Positions 44,651 through 51,723 of a stretch of DNA of 61,175 nt are shown here, one piece after another. The translations under genes were made by a program, and so were the position numbers. Source of the stretch: Candidatus Limnocylindria bacterium (GTDB taxonomy: Bacteria > Chloroflexota > Limnocylindria > P2-11E); the NCBI GenBank assembly GCA_036564905.1, contig DATCOD010000064.1, forward strand, positions 1 through 61,175, given 5' to 3'. Position 1 is the stretch's first letter. Every line of letters begins with the position of its first letter. Below the pieces are notes generated by a model. That model ran no database searches, was not told where the DNA came from, and saw nothing but the letters and a program-made list of their open reading frames with translations.

Positions 44651-45943
44651 ATGGCGAGACGTGTTGCGGTCATCGGTGCCGGCGCCGCGGGCCTGACGGC
44701 CGCCCGGTGGCTGCTGGACGCCGGCCTTGAGCCCACGGTCTTCGAGCGCACCGGTGCCGTGGGCGGTCTCTGGCGACCGGATACCGGCCTGGCCTATCCG
44801 TCGCTGCGAACGAACACATCGAAGCAGAAGACCGCGTTCTCGGACCTCGATTTCGATGCGGCGCTGCCCGACCATCCGTATCGCGACGATGTGCTCGAGT
44901 ACCTCGAGCGCTACGCCGACGTCACCGGGGTGCGTTCGCGCATCCGGTTCGGCCGCGCCGTGACCGCGGTCCGTCCGACCCCGGCAGGAGCGTGGACGGT
45001 CGACACTGAGCCGTTCGACGCCGTCGTCGTTGCGTCGGGCCTGTTCAGCCGCCCGCTCGAGCCGCCACTCCGGGACCGCGAGCGCTTCGGTGGGACCATC
45101 GTGCACTCCCGCGACTATCGCGACCCGGCGGGGTTCGCCGGACAGGATGTCGTCGTGGTCGGCGCGGGCTCGAGCGGCGCCGACATCGCGGTCGAGCTCG
45201 CCGCCGTCGCGAGCTCGGTGAGCATCGCGGTCCGCGAGCTGCCGACGTTCTCGCCGCGTCAGTACCGCGGGCGCCCGTATGACCACCGCGCGACGCGCCT
45301 TGCCCGGATGCTGCCGCCGGCGGTCCGCCGGTCGCGCGCGCGGCGGATCCTCGCCGCCGAGTACCGCGCGCGCGGCCTCCGGCTCGAGCGGGTGAGCCTG
45401 AACACGACCCCGGGCATCGATCTGCTCGACGAGCTCTCCCGCGGCCGCGTCGCGGTGCGATCCGCACTCGTCGCGCTCGATGCGTCCGGCGCGATCTTCG
45501 CCGACGGCACCCGGGTCGACGCGGACGCGATCGTGCTGGCGACCGGCTACGCCGTCGAATTCCCGTTCCTGCCCTCCGGCATTCCCGCGCGGATCGATGG
45601 AACGCTCGGGCTCTATCGCCTCGTGTTCCCTCCCGACGTCATGGGCCTGGCCTTCGTGGGACTGACCCGCGTGTCCGGGCCGGTGTTCCCGGTCGCGGAG
45701 CTTCAGGCCCGCTGGGTCGCGGCGGTCTTCGCCGGGCGGGCAACGCTTCCGCCCGCTGCCGTCATGCGCGATGAGATCGCGACGCGGATCGCCCGCGCCC
45801 GGGCCATCGACGACGATCAGATGCGCGTCGAGCTCCTCCCGTACCTCGACGACCTCGCGGCGCGCATCGGGGCGACGCCGTCCCTCTGGCGGCATCCGCG
45901 CCTGCTCGTGTCACCCGTGAGGGCGCGCGACTATCGGACCTAA
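44651..45943 (+). CDS. Flavin-containing monooxygenase (class B)
   Basis: 'VAVIGAGAAGL', FMO motif 'FGGTIVHSRDY', second 'VVVGAGSSGADIA'. Confidence 0.85.
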   Translation: MARRVAVIGAGAAGLTAARWLLDAGLEPTVFERTGAVGGLWRPDTGLAYPSLRTNTSKQKTAFSDLDFDAALPDHPYRDDVLEYLERYADVTGVRSRIRFGRAVTAVRPTPAGAWTVDTEPFDAVVVASGLFSRPLEPPLRDRERFGGTIVHSRDYRDPAGFAGQDVVVVGAGSSGADIAVELAAVASSVSIAVRELPTFSPRQYRGRPYDHRATRLARMLPPAVRRSRARRILAAEYRARGLRLERVSLNTTPGIDLLDELSRGRVAVRSALVALDASGAIFADGTRVDADAIVLATGYAVEFPFLPSGIPARIDGTLGLYRLVFPPDVMGLAFVGLTRVSGPVFPVAELQARWVAAVFAGRATLPPAAVMRDEIATRIARARAIDDDQMRVELLPYLDDLAARIGATPSLWRHPRLLVSPVRARDYRT

Positions 45944-45955
45944 ACTGCGCGGGCC

Positions 45956-47314
45956 GTGAACGCCACACAGCTCGCCGCCGAGCTCCGTCCGAAGGTGCGC
46001 GCGTCGATGGGCGACGTGCGCGCGGGCCTCGAGCGTCTCTCGCGCGTCCCCTCGATGAGCGCATCCGGCTACGACGCGGCGCCCGTGCGCGAAACGGCGA
46101 AGCTGACCGCCGAGCTGTTCCGGGCAGCCGGCGTGAGCGCCCGGGTCATCGAGACGGAGGGCGCGCATCCCGCGGTCGTCGGACGGGTCCCGGGCCCGGC
46201 CGGCTCGCCGACGGTGCTCCTCTACGCGCACCACGACGTGCAGCCGCCGGGCCCGCGCGATCGCTGGCGGACCGACCCGTTCACCCCGACCGAGCGTGAC
46301 GGTCGCCTCTACGGCCGCGGTGTCGCGGATGACAAGGCCGGCATCGCGGCGCATCTCGCCGCGCTCCGCGCGTACGGCGGGAATCCGCCCTGCGGCGTCG
46401 CGCTGTTCATCGAGGGAGAGGAGGAGTCCGGCTCGGGGCACCTGATGGACTTCCTCACCGCGGAGCGGGACACCCTGCGGTGCGACGCCGTGATCATCGC
46501 CGACTCCGCGAACTGGCGGATCGGCCAGCCCGCGATCACCACGACGCTCCGCGGCAACGCGCTGGTGACGGTCGAGCTCCGGGTGAGCGATCACGCGGTG
46601 CACAGCGGCGGCTTCGGCGGCACGGTGCCGGACGCGCTCATGGCGATGAGCCGGCTGCTCGCGTCGCTGCACGACGACCTCGGGCGCGTGGCGGTCCCGG
46701 GCCTCAAGACCGGCGACGCGGACCCGCTGGATCTCAAAGAGGATGAGCTCCGCCGCTGGGTCGGCACGCGGCCGTCGGTGAAGCTCATCGGCGACGGATC
46801 GATCACCTCGCGGCTCTGGCGCAAGCCCTCGATCTCGATCATCGGGCTCGACGCGACGCCGGTGAAAGAGGCGTCCAACACGCTCTGGCCGGTCGCGACG
46901 GCGCGGATCTCGATGAGGGTGCCACCGGGTCAGGACGCGAAGGCGGCGCAGGACGCGCTCGTGAAGCATCTTCTGTCTCACGCGCCGTGGGGCGCGGAGC
47001 TGACGATCACCCGCGGCCCGACCGGCGAAGCGTTCACCGGCACGACGAGCGGGCCCGCGTATGCCGCGCTGAAGGATGCGCTCGGCGCGGCCTGGGGCCG
47101 CGAAGCGATCGACATCGGCCAGGGCGGGAGCATCCCGTTCCTGTTCGACTTCGCGCGGACCTTCCCCGGTGCGGCGCTCCTCGTGACCGGCGTCGAGGAT
47201 CCGGAGTCCAACGCGCATTCGGAGAACGAGAGCCTGCACCTCGCGGAGTTCGAGAACGTCTGCGTCGCTGAAGCGACGTTCCTCGGCATCTTCGGAGCGA
47301 CGGGGCGGGGCTGA
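45956..47314 (+). CDS. M20-family metallopeptidase (dipeptidase/desuccinylase-like)
   Basis: 'LLYAHHDVQP', 'GRGVADDKAG', 'EGEEESGS', 'ENESLH'. Confidence 0.85.
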   Translation: MNATQLAAELRPKVRASMGDVRAGLERLSRVPSMSASGYDAAPVRETAKLTAELFRAAGVSARVIETEGAHPAVVGRVPGPAGSPTVLLYAHHDVQPPGPRDRWRTDPFTPTERDGRLYGRGVADDKAGIAAHLAALRAYGGNPPCGVALFIEGEEESGSGHLMDFLTAERDTLRCDAVIIADSANWRIGQPAITTTLRGNALVTVELRVSDHAVHSGGFGGTVPDALMAMSRLLASLHDDLGRVAVPGLKTGDADPLDLKEDELRRWVGTRPSVKLIGDGSITSRLWRKPSISIIGLDATPVKEASNTLWPVATARISMRVPPGQDAKAAQDALVKHLLSHAPWGAELTITRGPTGEAFTGTTSGPAYAALKDALGAAWGREAIDIGQGGSIPFLFDFARTFPGAALLVTGVEDPESNAHSENESLHLAEFENVCVAEATFLGIFGATGRG

Positions 47315-47661
47315 TGCTCCGCGGGATCCTGACGCTCCGTTGCCCGCGCTGCCGTCGCGGCGCTCTGTTCTCCGGGATCCTCGAGATGCCGGAGCGCTGT
47401 CCGGACTGCGGCCTGGTCTACGAGCGCGAGCACGGGTACTTCGTCGGCGCGATGGCGATCAGCTACGGGTTGGCCGTCGCGCTGGTCGGGATCCTGTTCT
47501 TCGTTGTGCTCGCGATCACGCACTGGCCGCTCGAGTGGGTGCTGCTCGCGTCCGGCCTCGTGTTCCTCCCCCTGGCACCGGTGTGTCTGCGATATGCGCG
47601 CGCGCTCTGGATGTATCTCGATCGCCGGATCGACCCGATCGACCCCGACGGCCGGCCGTGA
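47314..47661 (+). CDS. DUF983 zinc-ribbon membrane protein
   Basis: TGATG overlap. 'CPRCRRGALF...CPDCGLVYERE' followed by two TM helices. Confidence 0.75.
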   Translation: MLRGILTLRCPRCRRGALFSGILEMPERCPDCGLVYEREHGYFVGAMAISYGLAVALVGILFFVVLAITHWPLEWVLLASGLVFLPLAPVCLRYARALWMYLDRRIDPIDPDGRP

Positions 47662-48299
47662 CCTTCCGCGATCGCGCGGACGCTGGTCGGCAGCTGGGCG
47701 CGCGGCTACGCGAGGAGCGGCTCGTCGACCCGGTGGTGCTGGGCTTGCCGCGGGGCGGCGTCGTCGTCGCGGCGGAGGTCGCTGCCGCGCTCCGAGCGCC
47801 GCTCGACATCGTGGTGGCCAGGAAGCTGGGCGTCCCGCGGCAGCCGGAGCTCGCATTCGGCGCGGTCGCACCCGGCGCGATCGCGTTGCGCGATGACGTG
47901 ATCGCGGCCGCGGGCCTCGTGCGTGCCGATGTCGACGCGGCCGCCGCGCGCGAGTTGGCCCAGCTCCCGGACCTCGCCCGTCGCTATCGGGGGGCTGTCC
48001 CAGCGTTGCCTTTGGCCGGGCGGACGGCCCTCATCGTCGATGACGGGCTCGCGACCGGCGCGACCGCGACGGCCGCGGCGCGATCCGCGCGCCGAGCCGA
48101 TCCGGAACGGGTCATCGTGGCCGCCCCGGTCTGCGCGGCACCGACCGCGAGCGAGCTACGGCTCGAGGTCGACGCCGTGATCTGTCTTGGCGAGTACGAG
48201 GACTTCCGCTCGGTCGGCGCGTACTACGACGACTTCGCACCGGGCAGCGACGAGGAGGTCCGCGAGCTGCTCGCGGCGTGGCGCACGGGGCGCCTCTAA
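47658..48299 (+). CDS. Phosphoribosyltransferase-family protein
   Basis: GTGA overlap. 'FRDRADAGRQL', 'LGLPRGGVVVA', PRPP loop 'ALIVDDGLATGAT'. Confidence 0.8.
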   Translation: MTFRDRADAGRQLGARLREERLVDPVVLGLPRGGVVVAAEVAAALRAPLDIVVARKLGVPRQPELAFGAVAPGAIALRDDVIAAAGLVRADVDAAAARELAQLPDLARRYRGAVPALPLAGRTALIVDDGLATGATATAAARSARRADPERVIVAAPVCAAPTASELRLEVDAVICLGEYEDFRSVGAYYDDFAPGSDEEVRELLAAWRTGRL

Positions 48300-48341
48300 C
48301 GTTCGGACATCGACGCCATCCGCTCGCGCCGCCTCGATCTC

Positions 48342-48836
48342 GTGTCGCTGCCGCTGGAGCTGCTCGATGCGCTCATCGCCGGTGACCGCGGCGTCGTGCT
48401 GCGGCTGGCCGATTTCGCGATCCCCACGGACTTCCCCGGCGACGACCTTGGCCTCGTGCGCCTGCGGCGCGCGCAGGTGGCCGATGATCCGGACTGGCTC
48501 CCGTGGTCGCTGCGGGCGATCGTGCTGCGCCGGCCGGACCGCGTGATGGTGGGCTTCGCCAACTTCCACGGACCACCGGGCGTCAACGACCTCGGCACCG
48601 CCGGGGCCGCCGAGACCGGCTACACGGTCTTCCCGGAATACCGGGGACGCGGCTTCGCGACGGAGGTCGCGCAAGCGATGATGGACTGGGCCGCGCGGGA
48701 GCACGGCGTGCGGCATTTCGTCTCCGGCGTGAGGCCGGACAACGCCGCTTCGCTCCGCGTGAATGACAAGCTCGGATTCCGGCGGACGGGCGAGATCATC
48801 GACGGCGAGCTCATCTTCGAGCTGCACCGCCCGTGA
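48342..48836 (+). CDS. GNAT N-acetyltransferase (RimJ/RimL-like); N-terminus probably extends upstream of this GTG
   Basis: 'GYTVFPEYRGRGFATE', 'PDNAASLRVNDKLGF'. The usual first strand 'RRLDLVSL' starts before the first ATG/GTG/TTG. Confidence 0.75.
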   Translation: MSLPLELLDALIAGDRGVVLRLADFAIPTDFPGDDLGLVRLRRAQVADDPDWLPWSLRAIVLRRPDRVMVGFANFHGPPGVNDLGTAGAAETGYTVFPEYRGRGFATEVAQAMMDWAAREHGVRHFVSGVRPDNAASLRVNDKLGFRRTGEIIDGELIFELHRP

Positions 48837-50095
48837 CCGGCTGGCGCCAGCTCCTCCTGCCGGACACCGCGCCGCTCCGCGAGTCGCGCTCGTTCCGGCT
48901 CCTCTGGATCGGCCAGCTCATCTCCGTGACCGGCACGCAGGTGCGGCTGGTCGCGTTGCCGTACCAGATCTTCGTATTGACCGACAGCTCGTTCGCGGTC
49001 GGGCTCATCGGCGTGTTCCAGGCCGTCCCGCTCATGCTGCTGTCGCTGTTCGGCGGGGCGATCGCGGACGCCGTCGATCGCCGCCGGCTCCTGCTCCTGA
49101 CCCAGATGGGATTGACCGTCGTGTCGCTCGCCCTCGCCGTGGTCACCCAGGCGGGTGCGGCGTCGGTGCCGTTGCTCTACGTGCTCACCGCCGCCGGCGC
49201 GTGCTTCTCCGCGCTCGACAGCCCGACCCGCTCGTCGCTCATGCCGACCCTCATCGACCGTCGGCTCATCCGCGCGGCGATCGCGCTGAACCAGACGCTC
49301 TTCCAATTCGCGACCGTGTTCGGCGCGGCCCTCGCCGGCATCGTGATCGCGCAGGTCGGCCTCGCGGCCGCGTACTGGCTCGACGCCGCATCGTTCGCCG
49401 CGGCGCTCGTCACGGTCTGGTCGATCCGGACGCCGCCCCGCGTGCCGACGGAGCGGCAGTCCGTGATCCGCTCGGTCGTCGAGGGCGTGCGGTACCTCGG
49501 CGTGACGCGGATCCTCCTCGCGACGATGTCGCTCGACTTCCTCGCGACGTTCTTCGGATCGCCGCGAGCTCTGTTCCCGTATTACGCGGAGCGCGTCTTC
49601 CACGTCGGCCCCGAGGGTCTCGGGCTGCTCTACGCGTCGATGGGCGCCGGGGCGCTCGTCGCGGCGCTCGCCTCCGGTTGGACGGCGCGCATCCAACGGC
49701 AGGGGCTCACGGTGCTCGTCGCGGTCGTGGTCTGGGGTCTGGCCATCGCGCTGTTCGGGGTGCTCGATCAGCCCTGGTTCGTGCTCGCGCTCGTGCTCCT
49801 CGCGATCGCGAACGCAGCCGATGTCGTGAGCTCGATCTTCCGCGGCACCATCCTGCAGCTCGTCGTGCCGGACGCCCTCCGTGGCCGGCTGAACGCGATC
49901 AACATCATGTTCGTGGTCGGCGGACCGCAGCTCGGTCAGTTCGAGTCCGGTGCGGTGGCCGCGCTCTGGTCTCCGGTCAGCTCGGTGGTTTCCGGCGGCC
50001 TGGCTTGCGTTCTGTCGGTGTTCGCGATCGCGGCGTGGATCCCCGAGACGGTCCGCTACCGGGCGCACCGTGACGAGATCACGGCGGCGGAGTAG
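48833..50095 (+). CDS. MFS transporter (EntS/DHA3-like)
   Basis: GTGA overlap. 12-TM pattern; 'GAIADAVDRRRLLL' loop motif. Confidence 0.85.
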   Translation: MTGWRQLLLPDTAPLRESRSFRLLWIGQLISVTGTQVRLVALPYQIFVLTDSSFAVGLIGVFQAVPLMLLSLFGGAIADAVDRRRLLLLTQMGLTVVSLALAVVTQAGAASVPLLYVLTAAGACFSALDSPTRSSLMPTLIDRRLIRAAIALNQTLFQFATVFGAALAGIVIAQVGLAAAYWLDAASFAAALVTVWSIRTPPRVPTERQSVIRSVVEGVRYLGVTRILLATMSLDFLATFFGSPRALFPYYAERVFHVGPEGLGLLYASMGAGALVAALASGWTARIQRQGLTVLVAVVVWGLAIALFGVLDQPWFVLALVLLAIANAADVVSSIFRGTILQLVVPDALRGRLNAINIMFVVGGPQLGQFESGAVAALWSPVSSVVSGGLACVLSVFAIAAWIPETVRYRAHRDEITAAE

Positions 50096-50121
50096 CCGAT
50101 CATCGGCGTAGCGTTGAGCGG

Positions 50122-50526
50122 ATGAAGCTCGACGCGGATGTCCGCGCGTTCCTCGATGCCCCGAGATTCGCGGTCATGAGCACCGTGAACCACGATGGGT
50201 CAGCGCAGCTCTCGGTCATCTGGTACGACCGCCGCGGGGACAAAGTGATCGTGAACACTACGCAGCAACGCGTGAAGGCCCGCAACCTCGCGACGGATCC
50301 ACGTGTGTCATTGCTCGTCGGCGAGATGGAGCGCTACGTGCGGTTGGATGGCCTGGCCCGCGCCGTCGCGTTCGGTGGCGAGGCGCTGCGGGACATCCGC
50401 GCGCTCGGGGTCCGCTATGACGGCGAAGAGGCGGCGGACCGACAGGTCCGCGTCGCCTGGAGCAAGGAGGACCGCGTGACCTACGCCATCCAGATCCGGC
50501 ATCTGTACAAGTACGGCTTCGACTAG
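50122..50526 (+). CDS. PPOX-class (pyridoxamine 5'-phosphate oxidase-like), probably F420-dependent, protein
   Basis: 'FAVMSTVNHDGSAQLSVIWY', 'KARNLATDPRVSLLV', split-barrel size. Confidence 0.75.
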   Translation: MKLDADVRAFLDAPRFAVMSTVNHDGSAQLSVIWYDRRGDKVIVNTTQQRVKARNLATDPRVSLLVGEMERYVRLDGLARAVAFGGEALRDIRALGVRYDGEEAADRQVRVAWSKEDRVTYAIQIRHLYKYGFD

Positions 50527-50602
50527 CTCGCTACCCGCGGATCACACAGCACCGGAAGGGCGGGACATCGGGTAAGACTCATCAGGACTTTCCTAAACAC
50601 TG

Positions 50603-50676
50603 AGCGGGAGACGAGTCTCGAACTCGCGAACCTTCTGGTTGGGAACCAGACGCTCTACCAACTGAGCTACTCCCGC
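50603..50676 (-). tRNA. tRNA-Gly (anticodon CCC)
   Basis: Minus-strand read: GCGGGAG TA GCTC AGTTGGTA GAGC G TCTGG TTCCCAA CCAGA ... GTTCGAG ... CTCCCGC T. It has a 7-bp acceptor stem, D and anticodon stems, and a TTCGAG T-loop. CCA is not encoded. I could not fold the variable/T-stem junction cleanly by hand. Confidence 0.85.
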
Positions 50677-50683
50677 GCGTTTC

Positions 50684-51151
50684 TCATTCTATCGCTGCGG
50701 CACACTTCGCCCACCCGAATTCCCGCCCTGTCTTCCGGCGATGGCAGTTGATGCATCGCACATCGCATTTCTCTATCTCGGCAAGCACGCGCGGCCACCT
50801 CCTGCTGACGATCAACCGACTGACCTCAGTGAGCTTTTGCATCCGATCGCGGTGATCGAACTCGAGGACGACGGGATTCTGGATCCCACAATCAACACAG
50901 GGATGTGAAGCGAGGTAGACCATCACCTCGCGCCGGTTCTCATCACGACGAGCGTTCACCTGCACGACGGCGCGCCGAATGTAATCAGGTTTGTTCGCCA
51001 GGTAGTGCGTGCGCCGATACGCAGCGTGGCAGACTCGGCAATACGCGTTCAGCACGCGACGGCCCTCATCGGAGAAGGAGAACGCCCTCGCGACCTTGTC
51101 CGCGCCGCACGCCGAGCAGCGGAAGAGGATCGATTCAGAAGCGGTACGCAC
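50684..51151 (-). CDS. HNH endonuclease with N-terminal zinc ribbon (paralog 1)
   Basis: 'FRCSACGADK...YCRVCHAAY', 'CVDCGIQNPVVLEFDHRD', 'KCDVRCINCHRRKT'. I prefer the GTG 51151 start; ATG 51226 would lie inside the HNH motif of paralog 2. Confidence 0.8.
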   Translation of the reverse strand: MRTASESILFRCSACGADKVARAFSFSDEGRRVLNAYCRVCHAAYRRTHYLANKPDYIRRAVVQVNARRDENRREVMVYLASHPCVDCGIQNPVVLEFDHRDRMQKLTEVSRLIVSRRWPRVLAEIEKCDVRCINCHRRKTGREFGWAKCAAAIE

Positions 51152-51590
51152 CGGTCGGCTCTCCGAGTCGGTATGACCCGAACTGCGCGGCGGTGCGGAT
51201 CCGGTGGCAGTTGCCGCATCGGACATCGCATTTCCCTATCTCCGCGCGAACGACGGCGACGGTGCTCGAATGGATCAGTTGGCCGACATCGGCTCTCTTG
51301 GTGCCTGGGTCGCGATGGTCGAACTCGAGCACCACCGGATCTGATTCGCCGCAGTCGACGCACACATGAGTTGACAGATAGGTCGCGACGAATTCGCGAT
51401 TGATCGGACGGTCGATCGCCGCCTGGGCTTTGGATCTGCTCACATACGCCGCGACGTTCTTTCGGTAGTGCTCCTTGCCGTACTCGCGACAGCAGCTGCG
51501 GCAGTACGACCCGTACCAACCCTTCGCGGCGTTCTTGATCGGGAAGTCGGCCAACGGCTTCTCGGCCCGGCAACGGGAACAGACGCGCAT
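51135..51590 (-). CDS. HNH endonuclease with N-terminal zinc ribbon (paralog 2)
   Basis: 'MRVCSRCRAEKPLADF...YCRSCCREY', 'CVDCGESDPVVLEFDHRD', 'KCDVRCGNCHRIRT'. SD GGAG before the ATG. Confidence 0.85.
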   Translation of the reverse strand: MRVCSRCRAEKPLADFPIKNAAKGWYGSYCRSCCREYGKEHYRKNVAAYVSRSKAQAAIDRPINREFVATYLSTHVCVDCGESDPVVLEFDHRDPGTKRADVGQLIHSSTVAVVRAEIGKCDVRCGNCHRIRTAAQFGSYRLGEPTGAYRF

Positions 51591-51642
51591 CTGTTGCTCC
51601 GAGTCCCGGGCGTACCGCGCACCTGCAGACTCACCACCTTAC

Positions 51643-51658
51643 TAGAACGTGTGTTCTA
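51643..51658. promoter_or_regulatory. LexA (Cheo/Gram-positive type) SOS box TAGAAC-GTGT-GTTCTA
   Basis: Perfect 6+6 palindrome matching GAAC-N4-GTTC, 53-68 nt upstream of the HNH paralog 2 ATG. On the gene strand a TTGACG hexamer (51676-51681) lies exactly 17 nt upstream, so the box covers the -10 position. Confidence 0.65.
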
Positions 51659-51723
51659 ACTCAGTTTGACCAGAACGTCAAGCAAAAACGGACCGAAATC
51701 GCGCCGCCGAGCGCTCCGCGGGG

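Noticed and set aside
51152-51226. ATG 51226 as the start of HNH paralog 1, giving the 180-aa track ORF.
   Set aside because: That ATG lies inside the 'CDVRCGNCH' codons of paralog 2 and would give a 92-nt out-of-frame overlap. GTG 51151 places the zinc ribbon at the same distance from the N-terminus as in paralog 2. I cannot exclude the longer form.
50527-51723. tRNA-Gly-associated integrative element or prophage remnant.
   Set aside because: There is no integrase, excisionase or phage structural gene. I could find no duplicated tRNA segment acting as attL/attR. The HNH genes lie on the 5' side of the tRNA rather than at its 3' end, where integrases usually target. I keep it only as a lower-GC HNH insertion; see the finding.
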